A stretch of DNA of 64,000 nt from Leptolyngbyaceae cyanobacterium HOT.MB2.61 (GCA_023511615.1 JAIMBL010000004.1:11478-75477), one strand, 5' to 3'; positions 1-9,691 are shown, counted from the stretch's first letter. Notes: a model not told the origin generated them from the letters alone. Made by a program: numbers and translations.

Positions 1-107
1 ACTGAGGAAGCTTGATCACGGCCTGTCTGGCCAGGGATTCATGGATCAAAAATAAAAACTAGGCAACATAACTTTAAGATCTATCTCAGTTTGTCCCGTG
101 CCCTTCA

Positions 108-2024
108 ATGAATGCCAGCCCCTCTCCCAATGCTCTCACCTCTGAACAGCCGGTGTTTAGCCCACCTTCTTCCTGGGTTGCTCAGGTATTGAATCGATTA
201 CAGCCTTCGCCAGAAACTGTTGTACTCATGCTGGCGGTGGCGATCGGCAGCGGAACAGGATTCGCAGTGGTGCTTTTCCACTACTTAATTGAGAAGATTC
301 ACGCCCTCATGCTGGAAGACTTTATGGGGGTGATTGCGCCTCTGGGTGCCTGGACCCTTGCCTGTATTCCTGTGGTTGGGGGGTTCGTGGTCGGGCTGAT
401 GCGCTGGAAGTGGCAGGACTTTGGCCCCAGTATTGCTGCTTTACTGTCTACTGCCCATGGTGTAGAAAGTGTTTCACCCAGTCAGGCATCTGCCAAAGCG
501 ATCGCGGCTTCGGTTTCTTTGGGGACTGGTGCATCTCTAGGACCTGAAGGTCCCAGTGTAGAAATTGGAGCCAATATTGGAGCGGTTTTGGGGCAGGCAC
601 TTCAGGTATCTCAAGAACGTCAACGACTGCTACTGGGGGCAGGCGCGGCGGCGGGCCTGGCAGCCGGATTTAATGCTCCGATCGCCGGAGTTTTCTTTGC
701 CCTGGAAGTGGTTCTGGGAACGACCTTTGCCACCTCAGCCGTGAGTGTAGTACTGTTGTCTGCGGTTGTTTCGGCATTGATTGCCCAGATTGGGCAGGGA
801 GGGCAACCCGCATTTACACTGCCTGTTTATGAAGTTCGCAGCCCGCTGGAATTACCCCTTTATTTAGGGCTGGGGCTTTTTGCCTGTCTAATTTCCGTGA
901 CTTACACCCAGGGAATTCAGCTGGCGCAGCGCTTTTTTCAGGGAGAGCTATCCGGGTTTAACTGGATGAATCGCGTGCCTCCAGTGCTGCGACCGGCGAT
1001 CGGGGGTATCTGTGTCGGGATAGTTGCACTCCAATTTCCTCAAATTCTGGGCATTGGTTATGAAACGGTAGAGGCAATGCTGCGGGATGCAGAGTTCTCC
1101 TTACCGTTGCTTCTGAGCTTAATACTGGTAAAGCTGACGATGACTGCCGTTAGTTTGGGAAGTGGATTAGTAGGCGGATTATTTGCTCCTGCCATGTTCC
1201 TGGGAGCATCCCTGGGAGCTGCCTATGGCAAACTGTTACCCCTGGTTTTGCCGATCGCCCCCGGTAACATAGCCGCTCCTCCTGCCTATGCCATGGTAGG
1301 AATGGCAGCGGTTTTAGCAGCCAGCGCCCGTGCCCCGTTAACCGCTATTCTGTTGTTATTTGAGCTGACGCGTGACTACCGAATTATTCTGCCGTTGATG
1401 GCAGCAGTGGGTTTAAGTGCCTGGCTGATCGAACGGCTGAAGCCGATCGCCCGCAATGCCACCACGCTGCAATCAACTGGATTAAACGTACAGCCAGACC
1501 CCAATGTGGAATTTCTCAATCATCTGCTGGTGTTTCAGGCAATGCACCAGAACTTCCTGACGTTGCCCGCATCTCTAACTGTGTTGCAGGCCGGTAACAT
1601 GTTAGTTCGGGCCCAGTCTCGCAGTGCTTTAGTGACCGATGAATTTGACCGTTTGATTGGGATTGTCACGCTCCAGGATATTCGACGGGCGATCGCTCGG
1701 TGGGAGAAGGGAAATGACCACAACGAGCAGGAGTTTGGACCTGGGGTTCAAACGTTGGGAGAGATATGCACCAAAGATTTGCTCTGCGCCTATGAGGATG
1801 AACCTGTCTCGGACGCCCTTTCTCGCATGGGAGCACGAGGACTGCGCCAGCTTCCTGTAGTTGACAGAGACGAACCCACCCGAATTTTGGGGTTGCTGGA
1901 GCAGGAGAAGGTTTCTTTAGCCTGTGGGTTGGTAATGACAGAGCAGTTGCTGCACAGCTACATAGAAAAGCCTGCACTGGCGGAAACACTGAGCATTCGG
2001 ATGTCCAAGCAGTCAGCGGCTTAA
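108..2024 (+). CDS. ClC-family voltage-gated chloride channel with C-terminal CBS-domain pair
   Basis: 638-aa ORF with ATG start. ClC signature motifs GSGTG, GPEGPSVEIG and GFNAPIAGVFFALE are present, with many hydrophobic helices. The C-terminal ~170 aa shows two CBS-like repeats (LIGIVTLQDI.., ILGLLEQEKV..). Confidence 0.9.
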   Translation: MNASPSPNALTSEQPVFSPPSSWVAQVLNRLQPSPETVVLMLAVAIGSGTGFAVVLFHYLIEKIHALMLEDFMGVIAPLGAWTLACIPVVGGFVVGLMRWKWQDFGPSIAALLSTAHGVESVSPSQASAKAIAASVSLGTGASLGPEGPSVEIGANIGAVLGQALQVSQERQRLLLGAGAAAGLAAGFNAPIAGVFFALEVVLGTTFATSAVSVVLLSAVVSALIAQIGQGGQPAFTLPVYEVRSPLELPLYLGLGLFACLISVTYTQGIQLAQRFFQGELSGFNWMNRVPPVLRPAIGGICVGIVALQFPQILGIGYETVEAMLRDAEFSLPLLLSLILVKLTMTAVSLGSGLVGGLFAPAMFLGASLGAAYGKLLPLVLPIAPGNIAAPPAYAMVGMAAVLAASARAPLTAILLLFELTRDYRIILPLMAAVGLSAWLIERLKPIARNATTLQSTGLNVQPDPNVEFLNHLLVFQAMHQNFLTLPASLTVLQAGNMLVRAQSRSALVTDEFDRLIGIVTLQDIRRAIARWEKGNDHNEQEFGPGVQTLGEICTKDLLCAYEDEPVSDALSRMGARGLRQLPVVDRDEPTRILGLLEQEKVSLACGLVMTEQLLHSYIEKPALAETLSIRMSKQSAA

Positions 2025-2036
2025 TAGGGTTTAGAT

Positions 2037-2335
2037 GAATGGCACTGAAATAAGCTCAGAACTAAAGTTCTGGCTCAAAGCTAAAGTCAGTTGAAACTGA
2101 CTGAAACGCAGGTCTGTTACGGCTTGAACCTGTTTTAACAGGTTTCTGCTTTCAGCCTGAAATTTATCTCAAGGCTCTTAACCTGCATTATTCATGACGA
2201 TTCCAGAAAATCTCCAAAAGGCTTGCCATGAAGCCACTCTGGTGATTTACCTGAAAAACAGTCTGTTTTTTGAGGTGTCTTTGCCATCAAGATTTCAGCG
2301 GTTGGTGAATAATCCAGGTTAAGTCAGTGCCATTC
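2037..2335. mobile_element. MITE-like non-coding insertion with terminal inverted repeats and flanking direct repeats
   Basis: Perfect 12-bp inverted termini GAATGGCACTGA (2037-2048) and TCAGTGCCATTC (2324-2335). They are bracketed by 10-bp direct repeats GGGTTTAGAT (2027-2036) and GGGGTTAGAT (2336-2345). The interior has no credible ORF but three short hairpins (2057-2072, 2086-2101, 2127-2144). Confidence 0.4.
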
Positions 2336-2478
2336 GGGGTTAGATTGATTGAGCGTTGAGAATTGCTCTAGAGACTGTTCTAGAAATGGGCTTTGACTCC
2401 TTGAAACCCTGATTTCCTCGACCACCCTTTTCCGAATGGCCACGAAAAAATTGACCAACCCTTGCTCTATTCCTCCTC

Positions 2479-2862
2479 TTAGTCTTCTAGACGATCAAGC
2501 TGTTTAAGATGGATGTGTTTGCGTCCCAGAGAAATCTCAAATTCATCCCCTGGCCTTAAATCCATCTGCTTGGTGTATGCCGAACCAATCAGCAGGTTAC
2601 CATTCGATTGCACACTAATCCGATAGCTGGCACTGCGCCCTCCACGACCATTTGTGCCCTGCTTGCCATCTAGCTCAATGCCCTCTGCATCAATCAGAGC
2701 ATTGAGAAACTTCATCATGTTAACTCGCTCCACACCGTTTTTGGTAACGGTGTAGTAACCGCACTCTCTTGCCTTTTGCTCTTTGCTAAGATGCTCCAGT
2801 TCCTTAACCTTCTTTAACAGAGCCTCACCAGTTAACGGCTCAATCTTTTTCTTTTTAGTCAT
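2479..2862 (-). CDS. cyanobacterial AbrB-family transcriptional regulator (cyAbrB/CalA-CalB type)
   Basis: C-terminal SpoVT/AbrB-like swapped-hairpin segment (GNLLIGSAYTKQMDLRPGDEFEISLGRKHIHLKQ) follows the N-terminal region typical of cyAbrB (ECGYYTVTKNGVERVNMMKFLNALIDAEGI). Start moved to the internal ATG at 2862 (MTKKKKIEPL...), giving 127 aa. The track ORF extends to 2931. Confidence 0.85.
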   Translation of the reverse strand: MTKKKKIEPLTGEALLKKVKELEHLSKEQKARECGYYTVTKNGVERVNMMKFLNALIDAEGIELDGKQGTNGRGGRSASYRISVQSNGNLLIGSAYTKQMDLRPGDEFEISLGRKHIHLKQLDRLED

Positions 2863-3357
2863 CAACTTAACTCGAAATCGTGGGGAGTAGATTGTAGGTT
2901 TACTAACGGTTGGCGGGAGATACAGTCTCAAGTTTTTGTTAGCTAATTAGATCATACTACAATGATAACCCTCTATTTTTCATGCCCCATTAAGTGATGA
3001 TTGAAAATTGAATGAATTGAGTTCATTAATTAAAACGAACTATCAGAGGATGGTTACCACAATGAAATCCAGGCGGTTCGAGGGTAGATACGTAACGGTT
3101 GCATCGTTCACCCAGCAGTAAAAGATTTAATAATCATGCCTCCTGAACTGACAGTGGATGGCCGTAACTGAAGTGGAACCTTCCGCAAGGCCACTATCAG
3201 CTTTAGTCTTTAAGCATAGGGTTTGATATGAAATCTGGTTAATGGGTTACTGCTTGGCAGGAGACGGTTTTGTAGTTCATCTATTCTTGACCATGAGGAA
3301 CTTTTCGCCAAGCTTACCCTGGCCATACAGCCACTATCTGATTCGATTTCATGGGGC

Positions 3358-3388
3358 AAAAAAAAAAGGGCATAATCATTGATGCCCC
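3358..3388 (-). terminator. putative rho-independent terminator (minus strand)
   Basis: On the minus strand: GGGCAT / 8-nt loop / ATGCCC, followed by a run of 10 T (A10 at 3358-3367 on the plus strand). It lies downstream of the LTXXQ gene and the repeat copy at 3431-3530. The stem is only 6 bp. Confidence 0.45.
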
Positions 3389-3430
3389 TTCTTAATGTAT
3401 TGAACAATAGAATGTCTGTTCTTCTTTTGT

Positions 3431-3530
3431 AAGTAGCTGGGTGCAATTAAATTAAAGATGGTTTTGGGGGTGGAGGGGGTTTCACCCCCTGCCTGGGGGC
3501 AATGCCCCCACTCCCCTTTCTTCCAATTAA
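3431..3530. repeat. family A (short subfamily) dispersed GC-hairpin repeat
   Basis: AAGTAGCTGGGTGCAATTAAA...GAGGGGGTTTCACCCCCTGCCTGGGGGCAATGCCCCCACTCCCC. It carries two adjacent 6-bp G/C stem-loops. It is related to the copies at 54233-54414 and 62430-62506 (opposite orientation). Coordinates approximate. Confidence 0.7.
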
Positions 3531-3572
3531 TGATGTCTACCTACTTAGCAAAGTGAACGAATGGCAGCAATA

Positions 3573-4007
3573 TTAAATACTCGTTTGAGTAGAACGTTGC
3601 TGGCGCTTCTGTTCACGCTGTTGCTGGAGTTGTTGGCGTTGCTCCGTGGTGAGGACAGCATTCATTTGCCTTCTGGCTTCTTGCCGAATTGCCCGGATTT
3701 TAGATTTTTGTTCGCCTGTAAGGTTTAGGGAAGAGAAATTTTTGCCTGGCTTTTGTCCCTGCTGGCGGGCGGTTTGCAATTGAGTCTTTTGTTCTTCCGT
3801 TAATACAGCTTCAATTTGGGCACGGGTTGACGCTTTAATTTGTCTAAGTTGAGCTTTTTGCTCTTCAGTCAAATTGAGTTTCGCGCCCCATCTTTCCATT
3901 TGAGGACTGGGAGCGGGTGGTGGTGTTTGAGCAAAGACAGGCAATCCCGGAGTTGCTGCGAGGATAAGGGCGATCGCTCCAGGTAGCAGAAAAAGTTTCT
4001 TCGTCAT
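3573..4007 (-). CDS. Spy/CpxP-like periplasmic protein with LTXXQ repeats
   Basis: Signal peptide (MTKKLFLLPGAIALILAATPGLPVFA) followed by four LTxxQ motifs (LTEEQKAQL, LTEEQKTQL, LTGEQKSKI, LTTEQRQQL). Start set at the internal ATG at 4007. Confidence 0.8.
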   Translation of the reverse strand: MTKKLFLLPGAIALILAATPGLPVFAQTPPPAPSPQMERWGAKLNLTEEQKAQLRQIKASTRAQIEAVLTEEQKTQLQTARQQGQKPGKNFSSLNLTGEQKSKIRAIRQEARRQMNAVLTTEQRQQLQQQREQKRQQRSTQTSI

Positions 4008-4129
4008 CGTTTCATCCCATGAAATCATAGTCAATCAATCAGCGACTCAAATCAGTCAATCGTGCAGGATTAGACAGACTGAAAATAGATTTGGTTCAAA
4101 AGAAATGGCAATCATTGACACAGTTCACC

Positions 4130-5989
4130 ATGTCGGGGTGTCCCATGCATGAATTTCAGGCAGATGTGCTGGTGGTGGGTGGGGGAACGGGAGGAACGGC
4201 GGCAGCACTGCAAGCTGCCCGCCGGGGAGCGAATACCATCCTGGTCAGCGAATTTCCCTGGTTGGGGGGAATGCTCACCAGTGCTGGCGTAGCCGCACCG
4301 GATGGCAATGAACTGCTTGCTTTTCAAACAGGTATCTGGGGAGCTTTTTTGCGGGAGTTGCAACAACGCCAGCCAGAGGGACTTGATCACGGATGGGTCA
4401 GCTTCTTCACCTATGATCCCCGTGTGGGCGCGCAAATCTTTGCAGATTGGGTGGCAGCTCTGCCCAATCTCAAATGGATCAATGGGCAGGTGCCGCTGGA
4501 GGTCTTGAAGCAGGGCGATCGCGTCACTGGCGTTCGTTTCACAGAATATACAGTCTGGGCCAGTATCACATTAGATGGGACTGAACTGGGAGATTTATTG
4601 GCTTTGGGAGAAATCCCCTACCGTTGGGGCTGGGAGTTACAGTCAGAATTTAGGGAACCGAGTGCACCGATCGCTCCCATACCCTTGATGCAGCGGTACC
4701 CCGTTCAGGCACCCACCTGGGTTGTGATAATGCAGGATTACGGGCCAGGGGCGATCGCTCCAGAAATTCCGACTCCGCCCAACTATGATGAAGGGCGGTT
4801 TGCAGGAGCCTGGGAACGTCATGGGGTGGAAGCATTTCTCAATTACGGTCGTTTGCCAGGAAACCGATTCATGATCAACTGGCCCATTCGGGGAAATGAT
4901 TACGGAGAAGGGGTGCAGCGATTGGTAGCATCGGAGACTGCTCGCAAGCAATTTCTACAGGAAGCCCGCTGGCATTCCCAGGGGTTTGCCCGCTTTATTC
5001 AAACTCAGATTGGTCGCCGCTATGGTTTGGCGGAGGATATTTTTCCAGTATTGCCCAACAGTCCAGGTGGGGGTGCCTATGCGCTGCATCCCTACTACCG
5101 GGAGAGCCGTCGGCTGAAAGGGCAGCTAACCTTGAAAGAGCAAGATATTTTGCCGATTTCTGGAGGTTGTGTTGCTTCCCTGCCCATGGTGGTATTGGGG
5201 CAAGGCTGTACGTTGGCAGAAAATGTCTGCGACGCGATCGCCATTGGCAACTATGTCAATGATCACCATTACCCCAGTGGCGACATTGATCTAAAGCCGA
5301 AGTCAATGCGCTGGGGTGGTCGTTGCACAGGAACCCCATTTACGATCCCCTATCGGTGTCTGGTGCCAGAAACCGTGGAGGGCTTTCTTGTGTGTGAAAA
5401 AAATATTTCAGTGTCTCATATCGCCAATGGTGCTACCCGGCTGCAACCGCTGGTCTTGGGGATCGGTCAGGCCGCAGGCATGGCAGCCGCCCTGTGCATT
5501 GAGCAACAATGTCAACCGCGGGAATTAGAGGTGCGATCGCTCCAGGAAGCATTACTGACAGACATGGCCGCACCAACTGCGGTCATCCCCCTGCTCAATC
5601 TGCCACCCGACCACCCCAACTGGTTGCGCTGGCAGCATCATTACCTGAAGCATCCAGAAGAATATCCCACCAATGGGGATTGCCCTATAGAATCAGCGCA
5701 GGCAGTTGCACCCAATGTCCATAAAAAGACGTTGACAGCGATCCTAGGCTGGGTTGAACTGCAAGACAAACAGAACTACGCATTAATAGTCAAAGAGCCA
5801 GACCCGATTGGGGAACGTAAACTTCAACTCGTTACCCTCGATCCAGAGCTCAACGAAAAGATGAAAAAACTAAAACAGGAACAGTTCATTACCGCCCTTG
5901 GAAAATACAATCGAGCTGGCGAATGGCTCCTGGTCGAAGAAATGATTGACGCAGAGTCGGTTTCTCAACCTGCGGTTGACTATCCGTAG
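4130..5989 (+). CDS. FAD-dependent oxidoreductase
   Basis: N-terminal Rossmann dinucleotide motif DVLVVGGGTGGTAAALQAARRG. The track ORF starts at TTG 4091. The first ATG is at 4130, with an alternative ATG at 4145. Confidence 0.75.
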   Translation: MSGCPMHEFQADVLVVGGGTGGTAAALQAARRGANTILVSEFPWLGGMLTSAGVAAPDGNELLAFQTGIWGAFLRELQQRQPEGLDHGWVSFFTYDPRVGAQIFADWVAALPNLKWINGQVPLEVLKQGDRVTGVRFTEYTVWASITLDGTELGDLLALGEIPYRWGWELQSEFREPSAPIAPIPLMQRYPVQAPTWVVIMQDYGPGAIAPEIPTPPNYDEGRFAGAWERHGVEAFLNYGRLPGNRFMINWPIRGNDYGEGVQRLVASETARKQFLQEARWHSQGFARFIQTQIGRRYGLAEDIFPVLPNSPGGGAYALHPYYRESRRLKGQLTLKEQDILPISGGCVASLPMVVLGQGCTLAENVCDAIAIGNYVNDHHYPSGDIDLKPKSMRWGGRCTGTPFTIPYRCLVPETVEGFLVCEKNISVSHIANGATRLQPLVLGIGQAAGMAAALCIEQQCQPRELEVRSLQEALLTDMAAPTAVIPLLNLPPDHPNWLRWQHHYLKHPEEYPTNGDCPIESAQAVAPNVHKKTLTAILGWVELQDKQNYALIVKEPDPIGERKLQLVTLDPELNEKMKKLKQEQFITALGKYNRAGEWLLVEEMIDAESVSQPAVDYP

Positions 5990-6051
5990 AAACGTCCTGA
6001 TGGAGAGGTCTACCGATGAGGATTGTTGCTGGAATTACGTTGAAGAGATCG

Positions 6052-6333
6052 CTAAAACTGACTACTGAAAGCGCGAGCAATCTTCCGACCGGGCTTTTCC
6101 CCAAAATCTTCAGAAACGGTCAGTTTAGCAGGCTTGCAACGCTTAACTGAAACTGTAATTCCCTGAGCACCTTCCTGCTCTAAATCAGTGACGTACCCTG
6201 CTTTGGCAGCTTCAGCCGCCTTTGCTCCTAAAAAAGGGCCGAAGTAATAGGTGCAGCGAGGAGACTCTGTCTTCACTTCAACCCACCAGGCTAACCCAAT
6301 CAAATTTAACAAGCTTGTGAAAAGTTCTTGCAT
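6052..6333 (-). CDS. DUF1816 domain-containing protein
   Basis: 93 aa with the motif AWWVEVKTESPRCTYYFGPF, characteristic of the cyanobacterial DUF1816 family. Confidence 0.75.
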   Translation of the reverse strand: MQELFTSLLNLIGLAWWVEVKTESPRCTYYFGPFLGAKAAEAAKAGYVTDLEQEGAQGITVSVKRCKPAKLTVSEDFGEKPGRKIARAFSSQF

Positions 6334-6374
6334 CGTTCCCTGCCAATTACCAAAAGGTTTACCAGTGCTTTATT

Positions 6375-6461
6375 GGAAAACTTTGACAGGTCAAAGACCC
6401 TCAAAATTTGATCCACACCAACTGTTAAGCTTGAGCCACCTGTCAAATCTAATCTGACAGG
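6375..6461. repeat. family D dispersed repeat
   Basis: GGAAAACTTTGACAGGTCAAAGACCCTCAAAATTTGATCC...CCTGTCAAATCTAATCTGACAGG. A second copy lies at 13538-13626. The internal inverted motif TGACAGG/CCTGTCA is replaced by TGACGG/CCGTCA in the other copy, a compensatory change. Confidence 0.6.
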
Positions 6462-6519
6462 CTGCTGGGTGCTAAACAACATGTCATTTGAATTATCGGT
6501 GTTATTTTTTCAAATTTTG

Positions 6520-7503
6520 TTATAATCCGCTACTTTTTTTCAAGGTTATTGCGTTTTCTAATGAATCTAGGTGCCAGGTATTAGACCACCGTTGACGAAA
6601 GATTTCGTAGAGTGCCATTCCTGCGGCGACAGAAGCATTCAAACTAGGGGTGTGACCATGCAGGGGAATCGATACCAGGTGGTCACAGGAGCGCTGGATC
6701 AGTAAACTCAACCCGTCCCCTTCGGAGCCAATGACCAGGGCGATCGCTCCCGAAAACTGAACCATATGCAGCGGTTCAGCCGCATTGGCTGCCGTTCCGT
6801 AAATCCAAAAATTGGCTTCTTTCAACTCTTCGAGCGCACGGCTGAGATTGACCACCCTGGCTACTGGAAACGTTTCCAGCGCACCCGCAGCAACTTTCAT
6901 TACGGTAGATGTAATCCCCACGGCCCGCCGCTGCGGAATGACTAAACCCTGGGCTCCCACGGCCTCTGCTGTTCGAATAATGGAGCCCAAGTTTTGGGGA
7001 TCGATAATACCGTCTGCAACGACCAGGACTGGTTGCTCTGAAGCGGCTTTAGCACGATCAATTAACTCTGTGAGTTCAAGGTATTTATAGGGAGCAACCT
7101 GAGCTACCACTCCCTGATGACTGGCTCGATGGGTCATGCGGTCGAGCCGTTGAGAATCAACTTCGTCAATGACCGTCCCATTGGCTTTTGCCTGAACAAG
7201 GAGGGAATGAAAGCGGGGATCGTATCGCAAGCGAGGGGTAATCCAGATTCGGTTGAGGTTGCGCTGGCTTTCCAAAGCTGCAAGAACCGAGTGGCGACCG
7301 TATATCAAATCCGAATCTTCCAGGTTCTCCACCGGTGATGGAGCTACTGGTTCCTGATGGACTTCCTTTTTTTTCAAAATTGGTGCTGCTTGAGCGGTGT
7401 GGGCAGAGCGTTTGGGAACAGCAATCTGCTTTCTTTTGGGCTTAGCGGCAGGGTCTTTGCGCGATCGCTGGGGAGAATTAGAGTGGGTTCTTTTGGGAGT
7501 CAT
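6520..7503 (-). CDS. rlmB: 23S rRNA (guanosine-2'-O)-methyltransferase RlmB (SpoU/TrmH family) with basic N-terminal extension
   Basis: SpoU substrate-binding segment ([23 protein letters not shown]) and SPOUT catalytic motifs ([56 protein letters not shown]). It lies immediately downstream of mrnC. Confidence 0.85.
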   Translation of the reverse strand: MTPKRTHSNSPQRSRKDPAAKPKRKQIAVPKRSAHTAQAAPILKKKEVHQEPVAPSPVENLEDSDLIYGRHSVLAALESQRNLNRIWITPRLRYDPRFHSLLVQAKANGTVIDEVDSQRLDRMTHRASHQGVVAQVAPYKYLELTELIDRAKAASEQPVLVVADGIIDPQNLGSIIRTAEAVGAQGLVIPQRRAVGITSTVMKVAAGALETFPVARVVNLSRALEELKEANFWIYGTAANAAEPLHMVQFSGAIALVIGSEGDGLSLLIQRSCDHLVSIPLHGHTPSLNASVAAGMALYEIFRQRWSNTWHLDSLENAITLKKSSGL

Positions 7504-7581
7504 TTGGATTGGAGCCAGGAATTAAATTACAGACAAGAAACGCTTCTCACCGTAGTGAGCAAACAAAGGGGAGCCAAATCG

Positions 7582-8109
7582 TTAGGGAGGGGTATCAGAT
7601 AAGACAGTCTCTAATTGAGACAAGAGTTGCATGAGGCGTTGGGGATCGGTGAGGTAGAGATAGCCAATCAGGGTTTCGAGACTGGTTGCCTGCTGATAGG
7701 TTTCTAAATCGATTCGTTTAGAGCGGCCAGTCGCTGCATTTCTTCCCCGACGAACCACTTCTAATTCATTGGAAGAGAGATGGGGAAGGAGCGATCGCAA
7801 ATCTCTGGCCTGACTCTCTGCCCTGACCCGGGCAACCACGTGTTGATGATAGGTTTGAATTCGCTTGGGAGGAAACAGTTGTTGACGACGGATATAAAGT
7901 TCGTAGACGGCATCTCCTAAATACGCCAGGGCTGCCGGAGAAAGCTGTTGCACCTGTCCCGTTGACAACGCTTGCTCCGTAGGCAAATCGACAGGACATT
8001 CATTCAACTCCATCTTTAAATCAGAACTTTGCCTATCTGACTGTTCACCTGTATTCCCAGGCGTTCTCTCAAACATCCCCTGAGATATTGTAGCGACATT
8101 CCCCGACAA
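7582..8109 (-). CDS. mrnC: Mini-ribonuclease 3 (Mini-III)
   Basis: RNase III signature LAYLGDAVYELYIR plus the downstream ETLIGYLYL. The maximal ORF starts at TTG 8109. In-frame ATGs at 8076 and 8013 (143 aa) are plausible true starts. Confidence 0.8.
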   Translation of the reverse strand: MSGNVATISQGMFERTPGNTGEQSDRQSSDLKMELNECPVDLPTEQALSTGQVQQLSPAALAYLGDAVYELYIRRQQLFPPKRIQTYHQHVVARVRAESQARDLRSLLPHLSSNELEVVRRGRNAATGRSKRIDLETYQQATSLETLIGYLYLTDPQRLMQLLSQLETVLSDTPP

Positions 8110-8150
8110 CCACCTTATAGCGAATCATATAGCGAATCATAAAGTGGAAA

Positions 8151-8276
8151 TGGCTCTCCTGGGAGTTTGGTGATAAGCCTTGCTTATCACCAAAATAAAA
8201 TCAATATTTCAGGGATTTTGTTTTAGATGAAAGAGTCGCGTAAGCGACTCTTTCACCGGCAAGCCGGAAGAACCGT
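8151..8276. repeat. family B MITE-like repeat (degenerate termini)
   Basis: GGCTCTCCTGGGAGTTTGGTGATAAGC..GCTTATCACCAAAATAAAATCAATATTTCAGGGATTTTGTTTTAGATGAAAGAGTCGCGTAAGCGACTCTTTCACCGGCAAGCCGGAAGAACCGT. It aligns along its whole length with 61719-61857 and carries two internal hairpins. Confidence 0.7.
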
Positions 8277-8437
8277 GGAAATTCCTGGTTAGTGCAGGAT
8301 CTAAGAGAATTATTTAGTGATATCAGGAACTTTTAGGAATTGCCACAAACAAGATCCTCCGAAGGAAAGAAGTCTGAAAGTATATAGTTCTGTAAATATT
8401 TTTATATTTGATAACTAAATCGTTTTGTATATATCAG

Positions 8438-9607
8438 ATGAACCCATCTTTAAATCTCCGTTCCATTAACATGATTCAGTCTCCTCTGTTAAGACGGGCT
8501 AGACCTGATCGCATCTTAGTCGTCGATGATTTGCCAGATAACTGTTTCCTGATTCAAACCCTGTTACAGGAAGAGGGGTATCACATTGATGTTGCCAACA
8601 GTGGACGGGAAGCCCTAGCATATATCGAGAAATCACCCCCAGATCTGCTCCTGCTGGACGTGATGATGCCTGAGATGGATGGGTTTGAGGTCACCCGCCG
8701 GATTCGCCAGAATCCTAACCTGCCCTTCCTGCCAATTTTGCTGATCACTGCCTATGACCAACCCAGTGTTGTGCGGGGACTGGATACGGGAGCAGACGAG
8801 TTTATTCGTAAACCTGTCGAATTTGATGAACTGGTGGCGCGGGTGCAATCACTCCTGCGACTCAAGCACAGTGTGGATGAGCGGGATCAAATCGCTCGCC
8901 AACGGGAGGATTTTGTCTCCCGTTTGACCCACGATCTTCGGACTCCCCTGGTGGCGGCAGACCGAATGCTGAACTTGATGCAACAGGGAGCACTCGGAGA
9001 TCTGACCCCGGCAATGCAGGAAGCAATTGGCACCATGCTCCGCAGTAACCAAAATCTGCTCACGATGGTCAATACCTTGCTGGAGGTTTATCGCTACGAA
9101 GCTGGTCGCAAGCGGCTGACCTTTTCACCAGTCAACCTGTCCAAGTTAATTCAGGAAGTGGTGGGAGAACTCACTCCTCTGGCCACCGACAAAAAACTGA
9201 CACTAACCTTTGAAGGAACTGGACAGGAGAATGGACAACCCATCGATACGATAATGGGCGATCGCCTGGAACTGCGGCGGGTGATTATAAACCTGATCGG
9301 CAATGCCATTAAGTTCACCGACTCTGGCTATGTCAAAATCCGGCTGGGATCCAATCCCGCATCTCCAGATTGGGTCATCCTGGAAGTAGAAGATTCTGGC
9401 CCCGGCATTCCGGCTGAAGACCAACCAACCCTGTTTGAAAGCTTTGTTCAGGGAAGCCATCGTCGGGGGGGGAGTGGGTTAGGACTTCATCTCTCTCGCC
9501 GAATTGTAGAAGCCCACAATGGGGCGATCGAAGTGAAATCAGAAGTCGGACGGGGCAGTACATTCATCGTCAAACTGCCTGCTCAGTTATCCAAAGAGTT
9601 GACGTAA
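8438..9607 (+). CDS. hybrid response regulator / histidine kinase (REC-HisKA-HATPase_c)
   Basis: N-terminal receiver domain (ILVVDDLPDN..., LLLLDVMMPEMDG, K in RKPV), H-box FVSRLTHDLRTPL, N-box INLIGNAIKFT, and G-boxes EDSGPGIP and GGSGLGLHLSR. Start uncertain: TTG 8408, ATG 8438 or ATG 8471. Confidence 0.85.
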   Translation: MNPSLNLRSINMIQSPLLRRARPDRILVVDDLPDNCFLIQTLLQEEGYHIDVANSGREALAYIEKSPPDLLLLDVMMPEMDGFEVTRRIRQNPNLPFLPILLITAYDQPSVVRGLDTGADEFIRKPVEFDELVARVQSLLRLKHSVDERDQIARQREDFVSRLTHDLRTPLVAADRMLNLMQQGALGDLTPAMQEAIGTMLRSNQNLLTMVNTLLEVYRYEAGRKRLTFSPVNLSKLIQEVVGELTPLATDKKLTLTFEGTGQENGQPIDTIMGDRLELRRVIINLIGNAIKFTDSGYVKIRLGSNPASPDWVILEVEDSGPGIPAEDQPTLFESFVQGSHRRGGSGLGLHLSRRIVEAHNGAIEVKSEVGRGSTFIVKLPAQLSKELT

Positions 9608-9610
9608 TCT

Positions 9611-9691
9611 GGTAGATCTGACAAGGTAATGATGAGCGACACTAGCCGCCATTATTAACGACTCAAAAATCATTATGGTTTGGGCACTACC
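9611..9691. repeat. family C dispersed repeat (inverted orientation)
   Basis: Reverse complement reads GGGTAGTGCCCAAACCATAATGATTTTTGAGTCGTTAATAATGGCGGCTAGTGTCGCTCATCATTACCTTGTCAGATCTACC. It matches the copies at 21613-21692, 39790-39865 and 62505-62585 and begins 4 nt after the kinase stop codon. Confidence 0.7.

Noticed and set aside
3066-3090. tRNA-like T-arm motif GGCGGTTCGAGGG
   Set aside because: No acceptor stem, D-arm or anticodon arm can be built around it. No other GTTCGAATC or GTTCAAATC-type T-loops were found in the intergenic regions.
3210-3446. 78-aa minus-strand ORF
   Set aside because: It spans a predicted terminator and part of a repeat copy. No RBS and no protein-like features.
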